From Epithemia pelagica (taxonomy: Eukaryota; Protista; Bacillariophyta), in NCBI GenBank assembly GCA_946965045.2, contig OX337234.1, positions 2,604,001 to 2,668,000 on the forward strand: a stretch of 64,000 nt of DNA. Direction: 5' to 3'. A model generated the notes under the pieces. It made no database searches. It was not told the origin of the DNA and worked only from the letters and a program-made list of their open reading frames with translations. Below, piece after piece: positions 44,270 to 53,676 of this stretch (the first letter of the stretch is position 1; each line of letters opens with the position of its first letter). Made by a program: the position numbers and the translations under genes.

Positions 44270-44773
44270 GGTGCAGACGCTAGAGGGTTAGATCCCGATG
44301 ATCTACTCCTCAGCGTTTCCGCTGTTGGCAGGCTCCCGATGACTCCTAGTCATCAGAAGCCACAACCAACCAGCGGAGTCTTTCCCCAAAGCTACCAAAG
44401 GACTGCAGCGTTAGCAAGCAATTCGCCGAGGGCAGGCGGATTGTGTGCGCCAGCGACAGGACACTCAGGTAGCTACACGTAGTCTAGCTAGATCACACTA
44501 GCTATGTCTAGGAGTCTGCCAACAGCAGCCATGGAGCTCAGAGTTTTTGGAGCAACGCAATCTTTACCAAGTTTGCTGTTGGTCCCACCACTCCCTCCCG
44601 GTGCAGACGCTAGAGGGTTAGATCCCGATGATCTACTCCTCAGCGTTTCCGCTGTTGGCAGGCTCCCGATGACTCCTAGTCATCAGAAGCCACAACCAAC
44701 CAGCGGAGTCTTTCCCCAAAGCTACCAAAGGACTGCAGCGTTAGCAAGCAATTCGCCGAGGGCAGGCGGATTG
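44270..44773 (+). repeat. 3' split-direct-repeat block B1-A2-spacer-B2
   Basis: B1 44270-44443 = B2 44600-44773; A2 44444-44583 = A1; spacer cccaccactccctccc 44584-44599. Confidence 0.95.
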
Positions 44774-44801
44774 TCGTCGAGATCACCAATCTTGTTCCAT
44801 C

Positions 44802-45530
44802 ATGATCCTCCTTGGATTTATTGACATTGTGATGCTCATTCTGCATCCAACAGTAGTGCTGCGACAAAGCCAAAGGTCAATTGTACTTTCAAAGACAAGG
44901 TTCACAACTGCCATGAGCAAGCAAATGTGGGACGAGCGATATGGGTCAGATACCTTTGCCTACGGCACCGCGCCCAATGAGTTCCTCGAACAATCATGGC
45001 CATCCTTGGATTTGTCGGCTGGTTCCAAATGTCTCTTGTTGGCGGAAGGAGAAGGTCGCAATGGAGTCTACCTAGCCGAGTTGGGTATGGATGTGACAGG
45101 TGTCGATATCAGCAAGGTTGGTCTGGATAAGGCCCAAAAACTGGCAGCGGAACGAAAGGTTACCATCCAGACGCACGTGGCGGATTTGGCCTCCTTTGAC
45201 TTTGGCACGGCACAATGGGACGCAATCGTTGGTATCTACAGCCACTTTCCACCAAATGTGCGCCAACGAGTATTGGATGTCATTCCGGGAGCATTGAAAC
45301 CGGGTGGATACTTTGTGTTGGAAGCCTATCGACCGGGACAGTTGGACTACAAAACGGGAGGTCCACCCAACGCTGCCATGATGTACAGCAAAGAGATATT
45401 GGAGCAAGCCTTTGATGGAAACAAACTGGAAATTATTCGAAACGAGGAATTGGTTCGAAGAGTTGTTGAGGGGCAATATCATACAGGGAAAGCTGCAGTT
45501 GTACAATTCATTGGAAGAAAGTCAACTTAA
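44802..45530 (+). CDS. Class I SAM-dependent methyltransferase, bacterial TehB-like (core starts ATG 44913)
   Basis: WDERY...YGTAPNEFL, LLLAEGEGRNGVYLA, VTGVDIS, ALKPGGYFVLEAY, TGGP; intronless. Confidence 0.85.
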   Translation: MILLGFIDIVMLILHPTVVLRQSQRSIVLSKTRFTTAMSKQMWDERYGSDTFAYGTAPNEFLEQSWPSLDLSAGSKCLLLAEGEGRNGVYLAELGMDVTGVDISKVGLDKAQKLAAERKVTIQTHVADLASFDFGTAQWDAIVGIYSHFPPNVRQRVLDVIPGALKPGGYFVLEAYRPGQLDYKTGGPPNAAMMYSKEILEQAFDGNKLEIIRNEELVRRVVEGQYHTGKAAVVQFIGRKST

Positions 45531-45631
45531 CTTAATTTAGGAACGGCCAATTTGCGAATCCAACTATCCGTATCAACGAGTCGAAGTTAGCTGCAATATG
45601 CATCGGCACTAATGCCTTGGTTGACGAGACC
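45531..45631 (+). repeat. Diverged ~120-bp direct repeat, copy A (split by the Ginger-like element; continues at 53892-53910)
   Basis: Aligns to 55968-56087, e.g. tttgcgaatccaactatccgtatcaac...gccttggttgacgagacc. Confidence 0.85.
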
Positions 45632-45839
45632 TGTTACCCAACTTTTAGCACTAAAAACAAATAGCGCACCGAAAAATACAAATGCACGCACCAAAAAAAA
45701 AATTCCTTGCGTTTTCCTTAGCGTTACAATATTCATCGTTTTTTCACAACCCATCGTTTGTATCCATTATTTCTTTTGTTTTGCGGCTCCGTCTTCATTC
45801 CTATTCCTTTTCCCTTCTCCACCATCACCATCCGGCATA

Positions 45840-46445
45840 AGGGCTGGGTAAGCCGATCCATGTTCGGCTAAGTAGGCTCAGTACATTAATCTACGTAGAG
45901 TACATAAAATCAGATAGTACACGTCACGCCGGAAATGGTCGGAATTTCCAAAAAATGCAAAAACGCTCGACAATGATGGCGAGATCCGGTGACGCCGTAT
46001 GCATTCACCCATGCATCGCATAAACATCCAACCACCGTAAGTCCTTTGCCTTTACCTTTGAAATTGTTGTCTAAAATTAAAGAAGATTTGCCAAGTTGGC
46101 TGAAAAGGTACGCTCATTTTTCTGCAGTGATGAAATCGAACGACCGCCCTAACTCACTCATTTTTCAATGCTGACTCGACCGAATTGAAAGCATAGTCAC
46201 TCTAGTAGTAAATAATCTTATTGTCAAAGCGGTCGAGTCAAGCTCTATTATTGAGGAAGTTATGGCCATGGGGGTGACGGCTTCCACCATTGTCGAGTGA
46301 TGGCTTCCAGTTTGCATTGTTTCTCGTGGCAGCAAGTTTTCAATTTGAGACCATCCGCCCCACTTGTTACACTGATGAAAATAGTACTACGTAGATTAAT
46401 GTACTGAGCCTACTTAGCCGAACATGGATCGGCTTACCCAGCCCT
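45840..46445. mobile_element. 606-bp MITE nested in the left arm of the Ginger-like element
   Basis: Perfect 59-bp TIRs 45840-45898 and 46387-46445; TA at 45838-45839 and 46446-46447. Confidence 0.9.
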
Positions 46446-46690
46446 TATCATCATCCAATCCATCCCTTGTTTCATGGAGAGCACTTCTATTGCCGCAGTG
46501 CCATCCTTTCACCTTATTATCATTGTTTTTAAATGATCATCTGTCGTACCTCATCGGGTCACCATTGTCCATTCTGTGGTCCCCAATCTCTCATTTCTTT
46601 CCCCCAACCCAGATAAAGAGACATTGAGTCCCGGTAACCCTTGGTCTTATTTGTCGAGTGTTTTGTTTCCAAATGTCGCAACATTTGCCT

Positions 46691-46804
46691 ACAAATAAGT
46701 GCATATTTGTGACAAATACAATAACGTGAGTTTTTTTCTATCATATGTGGTCTACAAATACGTGCACTGCATCTATTTGTCGATCCGGTCGACAAATAGA
46801 TGCA
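46691..46804. promoter_or_regulatory. Cluster of ACAAAT-N3-TGCA motifs (candidate transposase-binding sites) including a perfect 16-bp hairpin
   Basis: Motif at 46691, 46754, 46792 and inverted at 46768; inverted copies at 53822 and 53853 near the right end. Confidence 0.55.
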
Positions 46805-47287
46805 AATCTCATGACGTCATCTCCACTTATGCCTTTATTTTTCCAGATCTTTGTGACAGCATTGTCGCACACGTGACAAACTCATCTGCCAAACGCACCT
46901 TTGCTTCTGTTCCAACCATTCTTCCTTGTCGACCTGGTCCTGCTTGTACCCCTTTGACTTCCTGGTACGTTCATTACATGATTCCAATGGATTGTGCTAT
47001 ATGATCTAACAACGACACAAATCTTTTGCTCCAACGCCATTGATTCCCTTCGTTTATTTTTGTTTCGGAACTACCACCCTCTGCCATCAGAGTTGATCAT
47101 TGGCTTTGGTTCCTTTCTTTTTGATCTACCTTTTTGAGATCGACACAGAATTTGTCCGGCGCAAGCGACACTGTGGTAGCTTGGCTGGCTGGTGGTGTGA
47201 GTGACACTGTGGTAACTCGACCAGCAAATTCTGTTCCTCAATACGTATCCCCAAGACAATTTCCCATCCTTGAATGCTGAACCAAGA

Positions 47288-50200
47288 ATGTCTCTCAGGA
47301 AGAAGAAGGGCAAGGATACCGGAAAGGAAGAACAGATCTCTGCTGAAGATTTCAACCTACTCCGTCGTTTTATCAATTTGATCAAGCCCCTAACAAATGA
47401 TTCTGCAAATGTCTCAAATCAGAGAGAAGACAACTCTGGTTCTGACAGTGATTTTACAGATTCCAACCCTGATGACGAGTTATCTGACGATTCGAACAAT
47501 ACAACACCTACACCCACACGTGTTACAAGATCTACAACCGGTGCATCTTCCCACAACAACCGTACCTCTCAAAATTTGAAAAGGAGAGGCTCTACTACGT
47601 CTCTTTCACGCTCAAGAAAGGAACGTCCTAGAAAGTATCAGAAGTCTGAGAAGAAGGGCAGAGTTCAAGCTAATGCAGAAGAAGAAATGCATGTAGATGA
47701 AGATGTTGGGTCTGATGAAGAAAATCTTGTCAGTCATGTCGACCCTCAGGATCTCCCTGAGACGTTCGATGGAAATTTAGACGAAGAGCATCGTCATAGA
47801 TTTAACCTTGAAGTTTTTGGTAACTCATTTGCTGATGTTGCGAATCTTTCACCCGAAAGTGGGGTTGCTGGTGCAAATACCAAGTTCATGTCCAGGTCCC
47901 AAATGGATCATGAAATATATATCAAAAGATTCTGGAGTACTGGCGACCCAAGAGCCAAGGGTCCTGCATACAAGGGTGCACCTGACCCTAGAACACCTAT
48001 AGGATTTCGTAAACTGTATCCTCAAGGACGAAATGCAAAGCTTGTGCGAAGAGAGGTTCGATCAATTACGTTACCTGATGGTACAGTGGAATATTTATTG
48101 TACGACAGAGACTTACGGGTTGTTGCCGTTGAGGACGTGTTTGATACAATAAGAGAGAAGCATATTCAAACTGGACATAAGCTTTCAGAAGAGACGACTT
48201 ACAACCTCATCAAGAATGAGTACCATAACATCACTATTCGCCAAGTCAAAAGTTTCATCAAGGGTTGTCCTCAGTGCATGTTGCAACGCAAGAAAACAGC
48301 ACCACACAAGGGAGCATCGAAACCTATTCGTTCCTTTGGTTTTCGAGACCGCTTCCAGGCAGACCTTATCCTAATGGATGAAGAAGGAAAGACAGGTGCC
48401 AAAGATATCTACGGGGTCGAAATGCATTACATTTTGTCTTGTAAAGACCATTTTTCACAGTTCGTAATGCTCGCTGCGGTACCAAGCAAGAGTCCCACCT
48501 ACATAGCTCATCAATTGGGAAATATGTTTGGTATTGTTGGTTTTCCAGCTATATACCAGAGTGATAATGGGTCTGAAGTATGTGGAAATGAAGTGATTTC
48601 CATGCTACTCATTAACAATCCCTACATCCACACATGTACTGGGAGGCCCCGTACTCCACGTGAACAAGGTTCTGTTGAAAACGCAAATAGGGGGATCAGG
48701 AATGCAGTGCAGTCAATTGTTGCAGAGGAATGGGCAAAAGGTAACAACACATTCAATTGGACCATGGCCCTAGGAAGGACGATGAGTGCATTGAATGGTG
48801 TTTCGCGACGAACGACAGCCAAGGCAATATCATCCTATGAAACTGTGTTTGGGGCTCAGTTTGGGTCCCCCTTTTCCGATGTCAAGGGATATTCACGAGA
48901 AGAAATCAACCTTGGAAAGACTGCTGTGGAACGATGTCGAGCCACTGGCAGTCAGGCGCTGACAGAAAAATTTGCCATCTGTGGAGAGATTACTCCTGAT
49001 GATCTTGCAAATCTTGGTGAGCTGGCAACATCACGAGTTCGTTACCTTATGGAACTATATCAAGCAACACAAGATGAGGTTGCGGATGAAAAGTTTTTGG
49101 CCGCAGGGAAAACAAACTCAAACGAGAATGACCAGCAAAAACCAATGCATAATCCCAGCGGTGAGGAAGAAGGACTTGATCATAAAGAGCCTGACATTGT
49201 GGAACGGAATGTCACAAGGGAAATGGGTTTGTTTTGCCGTGAAACATATGACTCTGTGATGCAGACGGATAGATCTACATCATTGGAAGAGCTATTGGAA
49301 AAAGAAACAATGCATTCCAGCAAATCAAGCCAAGAGTCCAACAAAATAGTCCAAGAGTCCAACAAATCAGTGCAGGAAACCAAAAAGTCGGCGCCAAAAC
49401 CTGACAAATCGGTGCAAAAACCCGGCAAATCGGTGCAGAAACCCGGCAAATCGGTGCAAAAACCGGGCAAATCGGTGCAAAAACCGGGCAAATCGGTGCA
49501 AAAACCGGGCAAATCGGTGCAAGAGTCCAACAAATCGGTACAAGAGTCCAACAAATCGGTACAAGAGTCCAACAAATCGGTGCAAGACTCCGACAAATCG
49601 GTGCAAGACTCCAGCAAATCGGTGCAAGAGTCCGACAAATCGGTGAAAGAGTCCAACAAATCGGTGCAAAAGCCCGGCAAATCGGTGCAGAAACCCGGCA
49701 AATCGGTGCAAGACTCCGACAAATCGGTGCAAGAGTCCAACAAATCGGTGCAAGAGTCCAACAAATCGGTACAAGAGTCCAACAAATCGGTGCAAGAGTC
49801 CAACAAATCGGTGCAAGATTCCAACAAATCGGTGCAAGATTCCAACAAATCGGTGCAAAAACCTGGCAAATCGGTGCAAGAGTCTGACAAATCGGTGCAA
49901 GAGTCCAACAAATTGATGCAAGAGTCAGACAAATTGGTGCAACACTCGAACAAATTGGTGCAAAAACCCAGCAAATTGGTGCAAGACAATGAAGAACTCC
50001 GAGAATCGTTAAACGCATTTCATAAATCTCTACAAAGGGACGACACCATGTGGCAGAAACAAGCCATGAGACCATCACTGGGTACGCAAGACATCCAATT
50101 GCAGGCACATGAATTGGTGGGTACAGAGAAACCACTGGAAAATATGGATGGAATGACGCACCATGACAATGATGACGAGTCCATTGTTGTTGTGGAAGAG

Positions 50201-51952
50201 GAAGAAGAAACCGACTATGAGATAGAAAGAGAATTTGATACGGAGGCTCCAATGTTGTGTACTGTTCTGCGCTTCTTGACAGCATCAGATAAGTACCAGA
50301 AGGCTGAACCCAAAGACAGGGTTCTACAAGTCCGTATTTACTGTGTGACATGCCCAGTGCTCCGGAACAGGCGTGTGTCTCTGGATATTCCCTCGAAATA
50401 TTGTTTACGACATTATTTTGGACCCTCTTCAACTGCTTGGCTACCAGATATATTGGTCCATTCATTTGGGGTTTTGTCTGCCCACTGGCATCATCGAGAA
50501 AATGTTGTTTTCTATGACGTTGCGCGCAATCTTGCAAGTAGTTCACTGAATGATATGAGGAAAGTTGTTGGACGACCATCTCTTTTGATAAAAAAGAATC
50601 CCAAAATCAACGAATTGATTGTCTTGGCCATGGCTAATGAGCATTACGTCATATTGCAAGTATTACTTCCTGAGAAAAAGACTATTGTCTATGATGGAAT
50701 GGAAAAGACAAATCACAAGGCATGGTCAAATGTAACCAAGTTTGTGCTTTGGAAATTCGGAATTCAAGGATTGGACAACGTCACCAAGCCCACCATCATC
50801 AAAGACACATCAAAAAAGAAAGTTACCGAAAAGTGGGTACTGGTGCGTGACTACAAAATGATCGGCATTCAACGTGATTCTCATTCATGTGGGCCAATAG
50901 CAATATTGGTTATAGCCTGTCTGTTTCATACGTCCAATGACAAGGAAAACAGGAATTTATCACAACTCCATCCAGCAAACATGAACAGATATCAATGGCG
51001 GGAAAATGCGGCAAACTTATTCAGGAAATATATATGCTTTGCATGGAATAACCTTTATGCACAGAAATATGTGGACCAAGAACAACGAGAAAACATCTGT
51101 GACATCAATACTGAAAAGCAGTGCAACGACTTCCTTGACGCACAACCACAACGCCGATCAAACAGGAATATATCACGAAGGTGAGAATCTTATTCATGGA
51201 AGGTTACCTATTGTTTGGATAAGCATTTCTTATAATAGATGTGTAGTGAGGTTGAAATTGTGGACGATACAGTGATTCGAGAAGAAAAAAGGTTGGAGAA
51301 TACGCTTCAGAGGCGCCTAGATCAATCTTATCAAGCTAGTAAAATGCTACGTATGAATCGAAGGTCAGGCTTCTCTGTTTCATTGGGTGAATCGGTGGCA
51401 TTATTCCCAGATAAAAGAGATCGTGCCACTCAATCAAGATTAGGCATTCACTGTTTAGTCATTGGTGTCTCAAATGGAAGCTATCCCGCTGTGAGAGTAA
51501 TGATCCCGGAAGGCATCATTGGCGATAAACGAAGCAAAACTTCTACGTGGTTCTCCCATGACAAATATAATGTCATGCACTCATCATCACCTTTAGGTCC
51601 TGAACGACGACAACTACGAAATGCCATTTCAAACAATACTCTGGTCTATACAGACTATCCCATAATCTCGGTACGTGATGCACATCGGGTAACATACAGC
51701 AGTCACAGAACTGTGAAGAAAAAACAACCTCCATGGAATAAACGAAAATTTAAATGTAACTGCAGACGACTTGGAATTCAATGTTCGACAGATAATTGTG
51801 GATGTCGAAAAGCAGGATTGTGCTGTTCAAATCAGTGCCTGTGTAACGAGCAGAGGTGCATGAATAGAAAAATTCACGGTGTCAGTTTGGCAGGCAATCC
51901 ACCAGAGACTAAGGCAGGCAGTGATGTGCCGAAAAACCACCCAACAGTGTGA
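47288..51952 (+). CDS. Transposase: HHCC + rve/DDE integrase (KRBA2/SCAND3-like) + 7-aa repeats + Ulp1/C48 protease + Cys-rich CXC tail; predicted exons 47288-51180 and 51247-51952 (1532 aa)
   Basis: HIQTGH...CPQC; RFQADL, KDHFS, QSDNGSE, QGSVENAN; Ulp1 EHYVIL, VYDG, QRDSHSCG; CNCRRLGIQCSTDNCGCRKAGLCCSNQCLC; AG|GTGAGA...TGTAG intron 51181-51246 joins the two ORFs in frame. Confidence 0.85.
49331..49990 (+). repeat. Coding 21-bp tandem repeat (~30 units; KSVQKPG / KSVQESN / KSVQDSD variants)
   Basis: aaatcggtgcaagagtccaac and aaatcggtgcaaaaaccgggc units in frame within the transposase. Confidence 0.95.
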
Positions 51953-53676
51953 CCCTCTTCTCCTTTGGTGGATTTAGAACGATTGTGTCTTGAAGTACAA
52001 TGCTGTATGACTCTGCCGTCAAATAATATTGTAACTCCGTGTGTCAGTTTGACCACAAGACCATTGTAGGAGCGACCATCAACTCTGAGAAGAATGTCGG
52101 GAAAAACAAAGAACCAGTCACTCGTAGAATGAGGTAAGGTCTCAGCAAAAGCAACCAGACAGACGCTGGCATCATTGATGTCAACATGAGCAGCGTTCTC
52201 CAAGTCCACACTGATGGCAATATTTGATGAAAAACCATTGTTGCCACCCAATTCGTCAGGAATCTCAATGCTTGCTTGGTTGCTCAAACTCCGAAATAAT
52301 GGACGAACACCGGGATATTGAATGTCAGCCAAATCAGCAATTCCCATACAAACCGTCTTTACACTTGATTTCAAATCCATGTTAGAGTCAGAAACAGGAA
52401 TGCACGTAATCTTCTGTTGATAGCGATTAAACATAACCCCAAATCCACACATTTGTCCGTTGTCTCCTGCTTTCCGTCGAGCATTACCACCGGACGCAAA
52501 TGTTTTATCAGCAACAACATCAAGTGAAGCATGGACTAAATCCTGGTACAACTTATTCGATGATGGTATGTACGATACAACAATATTTGATTGACCACAT
52601 GGCCTCTTGTCAGGATCCAATGTAGTTGTTTGGAACACGTAGCAGTTTCTCTCGTGTGCTCTAGGATCATGGACATAAGCAGTTGAGTCTTGAAGGTTTT
52701 GATATAAAGCTTGTGTGACATACCGGCGACAGCCATGTCTATTTGATGCAGATTGAGCAAACAAAGCACGGTAGAATAGTCTTCGATCTTGCACATCTTG
52801 GATCACGTTTTTGCCAAAACAATCAGGTGGAAGCAGTGGAGTGTCCGGATCAGCATCATGAAATTGTATGCTGTGAACAGTCTTTGGGATTTCCGAAGAT
52901 GTGGTATAGTTGACAGTCCAGACATGGTTGATGGTTTTGATGAAACTGCCTTTAGCTGGAAGGCCAGTCTTGTATACCAAGCGCAACCACGAAAGGGGTA
53001 GTGGTACAAGAGGTGATGTCGTAATTGAACACCCAATCCCACTCTCTACTTCGCTGAAAAGTTTCGTTGGATCCGATATGAAGGCAGACGTCCAGAACAC
53101 AGAAGAATAAGGAAAAATAATAATGGTGGTGCGGAATATGTCATCGTGTTGGTCAGAACACAATTCTTTGGAGGTACGAATTCTGTGGACGACTTCGTAG
53201 TATGGGGTCTGTTCCGGAATACGTGGTTTCTGGTGTGAACGTGACAGAACACAATCCACTAAAAAGGCCCCATGCAACTCATGGGTCATCTGCAGAGGTA
53301 CAGCATCTTGGATGACCCATTTATGACTTGAAGGAATAGAAAGAGACGTTTGCAAACTTGAGAAACCACGCATGAGAATATGACGAATTAGACTTGGAAT
53401 ATCTGGCACAGACATTCTGCTCTTGGTGAAAGGGAGACCGTCTGTAAAATGTAGCTTGCACTGGCGAATGAAGATGGCTTGGAAGGAGGAGGGGAGAGAC
53501 AGAGAGAGCATTTCGGTCAGAAATAGCTTGAAGTCACCTGTGTCAAAGCAGAAACGTTCGTGCTTCACAGGATTGCGAACAGACTGATAGACGTGGATGA
53601 TTCCTGGAGGACGGTGGCATTTAGACTTGCTCTTCTGTTTGGCTAATGGGCGGTTCTTTTTCTTACGGGGAGACAT
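51874..53676 (-). CDS. 2OG-Fe(II) dioxygenase, TET/JBP-like, 600 aa, with N-terminal NLS-like basic patch
   Basis: NIAISVDLENAAHVDINDAS (HxD, 52188-52180), WFFVFP, LVVKLTHGVTILFDGRVIQHCTS (distal His 52002-52000), upstream RRKAGDNGQMCGFG; N-terminus MSPRKKKNRP. Confidence 0.72.
   Translation of the reverse strand: MSPRKKKNRPLAKQKSKSKCHRPPGIIHVYQSVRNPVKHERFCFDTGDFKLFLTEMLSLSLPSSFQAIFIRQCKLHFTDGLPFTKSRMSVPDIPSLIRHILMRGFSSLQTSLSIPSSHKWVIQDAVPLQMTHELHGAFLVDCVLSRSHQKPRIPEQTPYYEVVHRIRTSKELCSDQHDDIFRTTIIIFPYSSVFWTSAFISDPTKLFSEVESGIGCSITTSPLVPLPLSWLRLVYKTGLPAKGSFIKTINHVWTVNYTTSSEIPKTVHSIQFHDADPDTPLLPPDCFGKNVIQDVQDRRLFYRALFAQSASNRHGCRRYVTQALYQNLQDSTAYVHDPRAHERNCYVFQTTTLDPDKRPCGQSNIVVSYIPSSNKLYQDLVHASLDVVADKTFASGGNARRKAGDNGQMCGFGVMFNRYQQKITCIPVSDSNMDLKSSVKTVCMGIADLADIQYPGVRPLFRSLSNQASIEIPDELGGNNGFSSNIAISVDLENAAHVDINDASVCLVAFAETLPHSTSDWFFVFPDILLRVDGRSYNGLVVKLTHGVTILFDGRVIQHCTSRHNRSKSTKGEEGHTVGWFFGTSLPALVSGGLPAKLTP

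Larger units (their letters stand above)
34394..44773 (+). mobile_element. Tyrosine-recombinase retrotransposon (Ngaro-like), copy 2, apparently intact, 10380 bp; A1-ORF1-RT/RH-YR-antisense ORFs-B1-A2-B2
   Basis: A1 34394-34533, B1 44270-44443, A2 44444-44583, 16-nt spacer, B2 44600-44773; uninterrupted ORFs; no TSD. Confidence 0.95.

Noticed and set aside
44270-44443. Hammerhead ribozyme in repeat B (ccgatga occurs twice)
   Set aside because: The core requires CUGAnGA and GAAA in the right stems; neither is present.
34394-44773. A and B repeats as LTRs or DIRS inverted terminal repeats
   Set aside because: The arrangement is A...B-A-B in direct orientation, there is no TSD, and the integrating enzyme is a tyrosine recombinase; no ITR/ICR layout.
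49331-49990. CRISPR-like appearance of regular short repeats (also the 275-bp array at 371-1193)
   Set aside because: Units are directly adjacent with no unique spacers, there are no cas genes, and the context is eukaryotic.
49180-50579. Three long minus-strand ORFs (CTDLLES, APICWTL, HRFVGLL repeats)
   Set aside because: Shadows of the 21-bp repeat, which has no stop codon in any frame; the plus frame is continuous with the integrase and Ulp1 domains.
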